From: Pirellulales bacterium
GTDB taxonomy: Bacteria > Planctomycetota > Planctomycetia > Pirellulales > PALSA-1355
NCBI GenBank assembly: GCA_963733035.1
Contig: CAVTBU010000005.1
Location: 160,001 to 224,000 of the forward strand
DNA: 64,000 nt
Direction of reading: 5' to 3'
Made by a program: the position numbers and the translations under genes. This document shows positions 10,630-18,531 of this stretch, piece after piece (position 1 is the stretch's first letter; each line of letters begins with the position of its first letter). A model generated the notes under the pieces. That model searched no databases. It was not told the origin of the DNA and saw only the letters and a list, made by a program, of their open reading frames with translations.

Positions 10630-11619
10630 ATGTGGAATTCGCTCACGAAATACCACCCGCGGATTGGCTACACGTTCATGCCGAGCGTCCGTTCGCGCAT
10701 ACCCTGGGAAACCGGCGGCTACCTGGTAAGCACTAACAGTGCGGGCTTCCGCTCCGATTTCGAGTTCATCAAGGAGCGCACGGCGGGAAAGTTTCGGGCG
10801 ATCGTCTTTGGCGATTCGCAAACGGCCGGCGACGGTCTGAGCAACCGCCAGCGATACAGCGACGTGCTTGCCTCGCTCGTTCCCGACCTGGAAGTCTATA
10901 ACTATGGCCTTCCCGGCTCCGGCACCGACCAGCAATACCTCACCTATCTTGATTGCGCGGACGTCGAACACGATCTGGTCATCATTGGCTTGCACGTCGA
11001 AAACATCGGCCCAGTCTCCCATCGCTTTCGCCCCTACAAGGACGGCGAAGGCAACGAAGTGATTTATGCCAAGCCGTACTACTCGCTTGAGAATGGCGAC
11101 CTCGTGTTGCACCACATCCCCGTGCCCAAGGCGCCGATGACGCGGGCCACGATTTCCACAGACGATGCCCTGCATGTCGATTGGGGAGTACCGTTCGCCG
11201 GATTGCGAACCGTTGTGAAGAAGCTCGGCATGCGCGATCTGATGCAAAAGATCACGAAGTTTCAGCCCGTGCCGGACTATGATTCGCCCACCAACGGCAA
11301 TTGGCTGTTGCTCCGAAAAATCCTGGAGACATGGATCCGCGGGAGCAAGACACCAGTGTTGTTGCTGCTGATACCGATGTGGCCGTTTGTGGAACAATCC
11401 AGCGATCCGACAAACTACCAGTCGCGGTTTCGCGAACTTGCCGAGGAGACGGGCTGTCGTTTGCACGATCCGCTCCCAGACCTGTGGCAATACACCGACA
11501 GCCAGCGTCGTGGTTTCCGCTTCAAAGTCGATTCACATTTGACGCCCGACGGTCATAAGGCAATCGCCGTCTCACTGGCGCCCGCCGTCGAGCGGATCTT
11601 GGCCGAACAGCGTGGTTAG
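10630..11619 (+). CDS. SGNH/GDSL hydrolase family protein with no signal peptide
   Basis: Block I FGDSQTAG, block II NYGLPGSG, block III ..VEN, block V DSH..PDGH. Confidence 0.88.
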   Translation: MWNSLTKYHPRIGYTFMPSVRSRIPWETGGYLVSTNSAGFRSDFEFIKERTAGKFRAIVFGDSQTAGDGLSNRQRYSDVLASLVPDLEVYNYGLPGSGTDQQYLTYLDCADVEHDLVIIGLHVENIGPVSHRFRPYKDGEGNEVIYAKPYYSLENGDLVLHHIPVPKAPMTRATISTDDALHVDWGVPFAGLRTVVKKLGMRDLMQKITKFQPVPDYDSPTNGNWLLLRKILETWIRGSKTPVLLLLIPMWPFVEQSSDPTNYQSRFRELAEETGCRLHDPLPDLWQYTDSQRRGFRFKVDSHLTPDGHKAIAVSLAPAVERILAEQRG

Positions 11620-11690
11620 TCGGCCCGGGCTTGGCCCTTACACGGGGCCGTCGATGCGTCAGTCGACTTCGGTTCCTCTGGGAATCACCC

Positions 11691-12227
11691 TCAGTTGCTG
11701 TCGCGATGTGTCGGCAACGCCGCGGTGCGACTCACTGTCCCCGATTGCCTTGACGGTGCCACATGCTTCGTGGGGAAAAGCTTCGGAGATTTGAGCGCTT
11801 TTTCGCCCTTGATCACGACAACGCGCTCGACGGACATTTTGGCGTCGTAGTGCACCTCCAATTGAACTTCGGTGCCGTCGACAAGCGTCTCGGCGGGCAC
11901 GCCCACCACTTCCCACAGGCCAAATGTAGCGACGTCGGCCGCGCCGTGCGCCAATGCTCGCGCGGCTTTCGTTGTCTTGGCATATCCTTGCTTGAACGCG
12001 AACACGTCCACCTGCCGACCGTCTTGCTTCTCGCTCCACACGGGCGGTCCCAATTCGGCAATCACGTGCGTGCGCGGGATGCCGGGATCGAGCACTCCCA
12101 GATCGCGCTTGTTCGGTTGTCGCGAGGCAATCACCGCGGCGCAACCGGGAAGAACTGCTGTCAGTGCGCCGAACGCACAAGCAACGACCGCGCCGACTCG
12201 ACTGATTCGTTTTATTCGGTACGACAC
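11691..12227 (-). CDS. Hypothetical lipoprotein
   Basis: GGAGG then GTG at 12227; basic N-terminus, hydrophobic core, lipobox VLPG-C; 'ADVATFGLWEVVGVPAE' core. Confidence 0.7.
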   Translation of the reverse strand: MSYRIKRISRVGAVVACAFGALTAVLPGCAAVIASRQPNKRDLGVLDPGIPRTHVIAELGPPVWSEKQDGRQVDVFAFKQGYAKTTKAARALAHGAADVATFGLWEVVGVPAETLVDGTEVQLEVHYDAKMSVERVVVIKGEKALKSPKLFPTKHVAPSRQSGTVSRTAALPTHRDSN

Positions 12228-12383
12228 ACAGCCTCCGAAATCGACAACCATCCCCCCTGTCGGCCAAAGGAGGAGGATCATAGGCACCTGTTGCGTTCGT
12301 GTGAATCTCATTTAGCGAGATCGCCTCCTTCGCTCTTGTCAGGCCTGAAACAGGCCCCCTAAACACGAAGGGACGCCGAAATC

Positions 12384-12434
12384 TTGACGTTCTCCCCCAA
12401 AAGCACCATACTGTTGCGGTTAGTGAGCACTAAC
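12384..12434 (+). promoter_or_regulatory. Sigma70-type promoter with a palindromic TetR-type operator
   Basis: TTGACG (12384-12389), 17 nt, CATACT (12407-12412); perfect inverted repeat GTTAGTG-AG-CACTAAC at 12419-12434. Confidence 0.7.
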
Positions 12435-12452
12435 TTACCTCAACAGGCCGAC

Positions 12453-13205
12453 ATGAGTACCGCTCGTAACCACCGTCCGCGTCGGATGACAGCCAAAGAG
12501 CGCAGGCAATCCATCCTGCTGGCTGCCGCACCGGTCATTGCCGAATCCGGCCTACACGGGGCATCCGTAAAAAACATTGCCGAGGCGGCCGGCGTCTCCG
12601 AGGCTCTGCTCTATAAACATTTCCCCAGCAAACAGGCTCTCTACGACGAGACGCTCGCGACGGCCCGCGAATTTTCGCGGTTTACCATCGCCCGATTTGC
12701 CACGCTGACTCCCAGCACCGAATCGTTCGTCCTGCTGACTTATGCCACGATTGATTTCATCCTGTTCGGATTCCCCGGACGCGAAGCGCATGAACAGGGA
12801 GCCGCGCGGCTGGTGTTGCAAAGCCTGCTCGGCGACGGTACCTACGCTCGCACCATTTTCGCCGACACGGCCGCGAGTTGGATGGACTACGTGATGGCCA
12901 GTTACACGGCGGCGGTGGCCGCCGGCGACATTGTGAAAATGGAAATTGAGCCGGCTCAACGTTTCCGATTCGTGCAACAGCTTGGCATGGCGCTGCGAAT
13001 CAGCCACCTGCCTGAGCCACCGGCCATCGACCACCACGGCAGCAAACGAGAACTCGTCAATAACGCAACCTTGTTCTCGTTGCGCGGTGTCGGAGTTACG
13101 GATCGAGCAATAGCCGAATACTTCCAGCCGGCCAGCCTTGCCAAGATGCTGTCGGACCTTTTCCCCGTTGATAGCGCGGGCGGCATCGCCCGCCCCTGTT
13201 CGTAA
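12453..13205 (+). CDS. TetR/AcrR family transcriptional regulator
   Basis: ERRQSILLAA...GLHGASVKNIAEAAGVSEALLYKHFPSKQALY helix-turn-helix. Confidence 0.92.
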   Translation: MSTARNHRPRRMTAKERRQSILLAAAPVIAESGLHGASVKNIAEAAGVSEALLYKHFPSKQALYDETLATAREFSRFTIARFATLTPSTESFVLLTYATIDFILFGFPGREAHEQGAARLVLQSLLGDGTYARTIFADTAASWMDYVMASYTAAVAAGDIVKMEIEPAQRFRFVQQLGMALRISHLPEPPAIDHHGSKRELVNNATLFSLRGVGVTDRAIAEYFQPASLAKMLSDLFPVDSAGGIARPCS

Positions 13206-13246
13206 CTTGCGCAGGATCGTTCCGCGATTATCAGGAGTGATGCGTC

Positions 13247-15085
13247 ATGCGAGCCCGTCCAAGCAGAAGCTTCAGCGTCCTATTAGCGAGCCTGACATTG
13301 GCAGTGTTCACGCCTTGCGCCGTCGGTGCCCCCGTCGGTCCGGGAACCTTGGTCGATGATTTTGAAATGTCGGACCTCTATGGCCGCCAGCACAAAATAT
13401 CGGACTATGGCGATCGGCACGCTGTCGTACTGGCGTTTGTGGGAACCGAATGTCCACTCGCACGGCTCTATGCACCGCGGCTCGCGGCGCTGTCGAAGAA
13501 ATACGAATCTGCCGGCATCAGCTTCCTGGGCATCAGTTCAAATCTGCACGACAACGTAACCGAGTTGCGGCACTTTGCTCGTGAACATGGCATCGAGTTC
13601 CCAATTCTAAAGGATGTGGGCAACGTGTTGGCCGACCGTTTGCGAGCCGAGCGGCTTCCCGTGGTGTTCTTGCTGGATCGTGATCGGGTTATCCGATATT
13701 GCGGCCGCATTGATGATCAATACGGCCTGCAATCTACGCCGGCCGGCAAGCGAGTGAGTTACCAGCTGTCCGAAGCACGACGGCAGGATCTGGCACTGGC
13801 AATCGATGAGTTGCTCGCCGGCAAACCGGTGAGCGTCGCCACCACGGAACCCAGCGGCTGCCTGATCGGCCGCAGGAAACAGGCAAACGAAGCGAGTTCC
13901 GTGACCTACTCGAAGCAGATTGTGCGGCTCTTCAACCAGCACTGTGTGTTCTGTCACCGCGAGGGACAGATTGCGCCGTTCGCCCTGGAAAGCTACGATG
14001 ACGCCGCCGGTTGGGCCGAAATGATCAACGAAGTCGTCCAGGAGCAACGCATGCCTCCCTGGCATGCCGATCCGCGATACGGTCACTTCATCAACGATGC
14101 CAGGCTCAGCAGCGACGAAAGGGAATTGATTGCCACATGGGTCGAAGCAGGCGCGCCGGAAGGCGAAAAGTCCGATCTGCCCGAGCCACCAAAGTTTGCC
14201 GAAGGCTGGATGATCCCGGAGCCGGATCAAGTGATTTACATGCCCCAGGCGTTTGACGTCCCGGCAGAAGGCACTGTCGAGTACAAGATGTTTATCGTCG
14301 ACCCTGGGTGGACCGAAGATAAGTGGGTGGCCGCGATGGAGCCGCGCCCGGGCAACCCCGCGGTTGTGCATCACATTGTCATGTACGTGCTACCACCGCG
14401 AGGCGTGTCGAAGTACTTTAGCGCCGATCTGCCCAAGACTCAGCTCGATTGGTTCGCTTCCTTTGCGCCGGGTTTGCGTCCGCCCGTGTTGCCGGAGGGA
14501 ACGGCTCGCTACATTCCCGCGGGCAGCAAGCTCGCGTTCCAGATGCACTACACCCCCAACGGCAGCGCCCAGTCGGACCGCAGTTACGTGGGAATCAAGT
14601 TTGCTGATCCGCGAACGGTCAAGCGCGAAGTGGCCGTGCAACATTCAGGGTCGCACGACTTCGTGATTCCGGCCCATGCGGCCAATCATCGAGTGGATTC
14701 GTCGTACACGTTCGAACATGACTCACTGCTGTGGTCGGTTTCGCCGCACATGCATCTGCGCGGCAAAGATTTCCTCTACAAGCTGATCTACCCCGATGGC
14801 AAGGAGGAAATCGTACTCAACGTGCCGCAATACGATTTCGGCTGGCAAACGACTTACATTCTCCGAGAACCCAAACGCATTCCCAAAGGGACGAAATTGC
14901 ACTGCGTCGCACACTTCGATAACTCGGAGGATAATCTAAACAACCCCGACCCGTCGATTGAGGTCCGCTATGGACCGCAGACCTGGGAAGAGATGTGCTA
15001 TGGCTGGTTTGAAATCTGCCTGGCGGATCAGGATCTCTCGGGTCAATTGGCACAAAATCGTCCGTCGGCGGCTTCGGAAAAATGA
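13247..15085 (+). CDS. Exported redoxin (AhpC/TSA) - c-type heme - copper type II monooxygenase-like fusion, paralog 1
   Basis: Signal peptide; FVGTECP redoxin; CVFCH heme motif; VVHH...QMHY; PHMH...EEM. Confidence 0.85.
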   Translation: MRARPSRSFSVLLASLTLAVFTPCAVGAPVGPGTLVDDFEMSDLYGRQHKISDYGDRHAVVLAFVGTECPLARLYAPRLAALSKKYESAGISFLGISSNLHDNVTELRHFAREHGIEFPILKDVGNVLADRLRAERLPVVFLLDRDRVIRYCGRIDDQYGLQSTPAGKRVSYQLSEARRQDLALAIDELLAGKPVSVATTEPSGCLIGRRKQANEASSVTYSKQIVRLFNQHCVFCHREGQIAPFALESYDDAAGWAEMINEVVQEQRMPPWHADPRYGHFINDARLSSDERELIATWVEAGAPEGEKSDLPEPPKFAEGWMIPEPDQVIYMPQAFDVPAEGTVEYKMFIVDPGWTEDKWVAAMEPRPGNPAVVHHIVMYVLPPRGVSKYFSADLPKTQLDWFASFAPGLRPPVLPEGTARYIPAGSKLAFQMHYTPNGSAQSDRSYVGIKFADPRTVKREVAVQHSGSHDFVIPAHAANHRVDSSYTFEHDSLLWSVSPHMHLRGKDFLYKLIYPDGKEEIVLNVPQYDFGWQTTYILREPKRIPKGTKLHCVAHFDNSEDNLNNPDPSIEVRYGPQTWEEMCYGWFEICLADQDLSGQLAQNRPSAASEK

Positions 15086-15179
15086 ACATGCGAGTGGAAT
15101 CCTTTGTCGAACCCCGATAAACTCACGAGCGCTTCGTTCGAGGCGCCGAACCGAATCATGTCTTAGGGAGGTTTGAGCG

Positions 15180-16985
15180 ATGTTTTCATCGAGTCCGTTT
15201 AGCGCGGCCCGCGGGGCCGCCGTCGTGTCCGTTTTGTGTGGCTTAGTTTGGGCATCAGGAGCGTCCAACGGTGCAACTCCCGATCGAAGCGGCCAAGACA
15301 GCCGAGTAGGGCGCAAGATCGAAAACTTCACGCTCGAAGACTTTCGCGGTACGCCCCGCTCGCTCGACGATTTGAAAGACGCCAAACTCGTCGTGGTGGC
15401 CTTCATGGGAACCGAGTGTCCTTTGGCGAACCTTTATACGCCGCGGCTGGCGGCATTGGCCAAGAAGTTGGAGGACCGGGGAGTGGCGTTCCTGGGAATC
15501 AACTCCAACCAGCAGGATTCGATCACCGAAGTTTCCGCCCACGCGCAGCGGCATAATATCCCCTTCCACGTACTTAAAGATCCAGGCAACAAGGTTGCCG
15601 ACGCCTTTGGCGCGGTCCGCACTCCTGAGATGTTCGTCCTCGACAAGGATCGCGTGGTCCGTTACTGGGGCCGCATTGATGATCAATTTGGCGTCGGTTT
15701 TCAGAAGGAAGAACCAACTCGCAACGATCTCGAAGTCGCCATCGACGAATTGCTGGACGGCAAGCCGGTCACGATCGCCACGACGACCGCCCCCGGTTGC
15801 TTGATTGGGCGCGTGCATCGGCCGAACCCGTCGGGTGAGGTGACCTATGCGAATCAGATTTCCCGGCTTATTCAGAAGCGATGTGTCGAGTGCCATCACG
15901 ATGGCCAGATCGCGCCCTTCGCGCTGACCAAATTCGACGAAGTTGTCGGTTGGGCCGAAATGATTCAGGAAGTCGTGCACCAACGGCGAATGCCCCCCTG
16001 GATGGCCGCTCCCGAGCATAACGAATTCAAGAACAATCCATCTCTAACCAAAGACGAATTGGCGCTGGTCGATACCTGGGTCGCCAACGGGTGCCCAGAG
16101 GGAGATCCCTCGCAGTTGCCACCGCGGGCGCAATACGCCGAAGGCTGGGGCATTTCCGAGCCGGACGAGATCTTCTACCAGAGCGATGAGCCGTTTCACG
16201 TCTCCGCCGACGGCGTGGTCAACTACCAGTACTACACCGTCGATCCCGGCTGGAAAGAAGACAAGTGGATACAGCAGGCCGAGGTTAAGGCCGGAAATCC
16301 GGCCGTCGTTCACCACGTGATCGTCTTCATCCAGGAGCCTGGTGGTCAGCCGTTCGGCGCACCGCAAATGGCCTACGCGCCTGGCATGACGCCTCGGCGA
16401 TTCCCCAAGGGCGTCGCAATTCGTGCCCGTGCCGGCTCGCAGCTCGTCTTCCAGAATCACTACACACCCAATGGTACGCCTCAGGAAGACCGCAGTTATG
16501 TGGGTTTCGTGTACGCCGATCCGAAGGACGTAACTCACGAGGTGCTCGGCGGCAGCTGCGGACAGATGGTGCTGGCGATCCCACCGCACGATCCGAACTA
16601 CCGGGTCGAGGCCCGCAAACTCTTCCTCAAGGACTCCATCCTCCTTGGCATGAACCCCCACATGCACGTTCGCGGCAAGTCGTTTAAATACGAATTGCAA
16701 CTACCGGACGGCACACGCGAGGTCCTGCTGGACGTACCTCACTACGACTTCAACTGGCAACTCTGGTATATGCTCAAGGAGCCGAAGCTAATCCCCAAGG
16801 GGAGCAAGATGGTCTGCACGGCCTACTACGACAATTCGGCCGACAACCCCGCGAATCCCGACCCCGACAAGGAAATCAACTGGGGAGAACAAACCTGGGA
16901 AGAAATGATGTTCGGCTTCTATTCCACAATTAAAGAGCGAACGGACATCGAACAGAAAGAGACGAAGACGTCGGCCACAAAGTAG
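15180..16985 (+). CDS. Exported redoxin - c-type heme - copper type II monooxygenase-like fusion, paralog 2
   Basis: Signal peptide; FMGTECP; CVECH; VVHH...QNHY; PHMH...EEMM; collinear with 13247..15085. Confidence 0.85.
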   Translation: MFSSSPFSAARGAAVVSVLCGLVWASGASNGATPDRSGQDSRVGRKIENFTLEDFRGTPRSLDDLKDAKLVVVAFMGTECPLANLYTPRLAALAKKLEDRGVAFLGINSNQQDSITEVSAHAQRHNIPFHVLKDPGNKVADAFGAVRTPEMFVLDKDRVVRYWGRIDDQFGVGFQKEEPTRNDLEVAIDELLDGKPVTIATTTAPGCLIGRVHRPNPSGEVTYANQISRLIQKRCVECHHDGQIAPFALTKFDEVVGWAEMIQEVVHQRRMPPWMAAPEHNEFKNNPSLTKDELALVDTWVANGCPEGDPSQLPPRAQYAEGWGISEPDEIFYQSDEPFHVSADGVVNYQYYTVDPGWKEDKWIQQAEVKAGNPAVVHHVIVFIQEPGGQPFGAPQMAYAPGMTPRRFPKGVAIRARAGSQLVFQNHYTPNGTPQEDRSYVGFVYADPKDVTHEVLGGSCGQMVLAIPPHDPNYRVEARKLFLKDSILLGMNPHMHVRGKSFKYELQLPDGTREVLLDVPHYDFNWQLWYMLKEPKLIPKGSKMVCTAYYDNSADNPANPDPDKEINWGEQTWEEMMFGFYSTIKERTDIEQKETKTSATK

Positions 16986-17021
16986 GTAGTCCGTGACGCA
17001 CAACGCTTCCGCGTTCGACAT

Positions 17022-17059
17022 CGGCAGCGCCCGCATTCGACGGGCGCTGCCGTTTCTTT
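17022..17059 (+). terminator. Rho-independent terminator between convergent genes
   Basis: Perfect 12-bp stem CGGCAGCGCCCG/CGGGCGCTGCCG, 7-nt loop, followed by TTTCTTT. Confidence 0.8.
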
Positions 17060-17069
17060 GTCCATCGGA

Positions 17070-18512
17070 TCAGGCAGGCCGTTGGCCTTTCTGGAGAATG
17101 TCCCACACGACCTTGGGCTCGGCACCGTCCATGAGGCTGCCGTTGCCGGTGGGTCGCGGAAAAGTGACCTGGTCGACCGAGAGACCAAACAGGTGTAACA
17201 GCGTGGCGTGGTAGTCGTGGTGGGTGACAACCTTCTCCGCGGCCTTATGCCCCAATTCGTCGGTCGCGCCGTGGACGAGGCCGCCTTTCACACCGCCGCC
17301 GGCCAGCCACATACTAAACCCGTAGGTGTTGTGATCGCGGCCGATGTTCTTCTCGTTTTGAATCACCGGCAGTCGTCCCATCTCGCCACCCCAGTGCACA
17401 AGCGTGGTATCGAGCAGCCCCCGTTGTTTCAAATCCTTGACCAAGGCGGCCGCCGGTTTGTCGGTCTTTTGGCATACGTCGGGAAGCGACTTCTGAATGT
17501 TGCCGTGGTGGTCCCAGGTTTGGTTGCCGGTGTGAATCTGCACAAACCGCACGCCGCGCTCGACCAGCCGCCGAGCAATCAGGCAGCGTGTGCCGTAGTC
17601 GCGCGTGATATCCTCGTCGATGCCGTACAACTTGTGCGTCGCCTCGGTCTCGCCGGAGATATCCAAAGCCTCCTTTGCAGCCACTTGCATCCGCGCGGCA
17701 AGCTCGTAGCTGTGAATCCGCGCCGCCAAGTCTTGCTCGCCTGGGTGACGGTCAAGATGTTCACGATTCAGGTTTTGCAAATAGGTCAGAAACCGTTTCT
17801 GGGCCGGTCCGCGCAGCTTCTCCGGCGGATCGAGGTTCAAGATTCTCGGCTCGTGCGGCCGCACGACCGTTCCCTGGAAGAGCGAAGGAAGCCAACCATT
17901 GCTCCAATTTTCCACTCCCAACACGGGCAGCCCGCTCGGATCGCTAAGCACAACGAATGCCGGCAAATTCTGACTCTCCGATCCCAGGGCATACGTTACC
18001 CAAGAACCGAGTGCGGGCCGGCCACCGATGAAGTTACCCGTGTTGAGGGCGTTGATCGACTGCCCATGATTGTTCACGCCGGTGTGCATCGAGCGGATCA
18101 GGCAGATGTCATCAGCCACCTCTCCCAGGTGCGATACCAACTCACTCAGTTCCATCCCACACTGGCCGCGTGGTGAAAACTTCCAAGGGCTGCCGAAGAG
18201 CTTGGCGCTGGCCTCCGCGGCGTTGTCGTATTTAATGTCGCCAGTGTAGGTCTGCATATGCCGCTTGGTCAGCTCCGGCTTGGGGTCGAACAAATCAATG
18301 TGACTCGGTCCCCCCTGCATGAACATCGAAATCATGGCCGTGGCTTGAGGCTGCACCACGGGTTGTCGCGGTTTGACGTCGAACGTGCGTTGTTCGAGTT
18401 CTGGCTTGACCGGCGCACCGGCAGCGCTCTTTTGCAAGAGCCAAGAGACCGCCAGAGCCCCGAGTCCGAACGCTTGCTGGCTGAGAAAGTGGCGGCGTGT
18501 GAAGTGCGACAT
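17070..18512 (-). CDS. DUF1501 domain protein (Tat-exported, sulfatase-like fold)
   Basis: TRRHFL Tat motif; FMQGGPSHIDLFDPKP; ARRLVERGVRFVQ; WDHH; GEMGR.P; GRDH. Confidence 0.92.
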   Translation of the reverse strand: MSHFTRRHFLSQQAFGLGALAVSWLLQKSAAGAPVKPELEQRTFDVKPRQPVVQPQATAMISMFMQGGPSHIDLFDPKPELTKRHMQTYTGDIKYDNAAEASAKLFGSPWKFSPRGQCGMELSELVSHLGEVADDICLIRSMHTGVNNHGQSINALNTGNFIGGRPALGSWVTYALGSESQNLPAFVVLSDPSGLPVLGVENWSNGWLPSLFQGTVVRPHEPRILNLDPPEKLRGPAQKRFLTYLQNLNREHLDRHPGEQDLAARIHSYELAARMQVAAKEALDISGETEATHKLYGIDEDITRDYGTRCLIARRLVERGVRFVQIHTGNQTWDHHGNIQKSLPDVCQKTDKPAAALVKDLKQRGLLDTTLVHWGGEMGRLPVIQNEKNIGRDHNTYGFSMWLAGGGVKGGLVHGATDELGHKAAEKVVTHHDYHATLLHLFGLSVDQVTFPRPTGNGSLMDGAEPKVVWDILQKGQRPA

Positions 18513-18531
18513 CGCTGAAAAATCCCCTGCC

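Noticed and set aside
9946..11490. 514-aa minus-strand ORF
   Set aside because: Antisense shadow of the CPYA and SGNH genes; no motifs. Such shadows are common in GC-rich DNA.
7801..11619. Saxitoxin or Nod-factor biosynthesis
   Set aside because: Only the carbamoyltransferase and SGNH-type genes are present; no sxtA/sxtG or nodABC core genes in the window.
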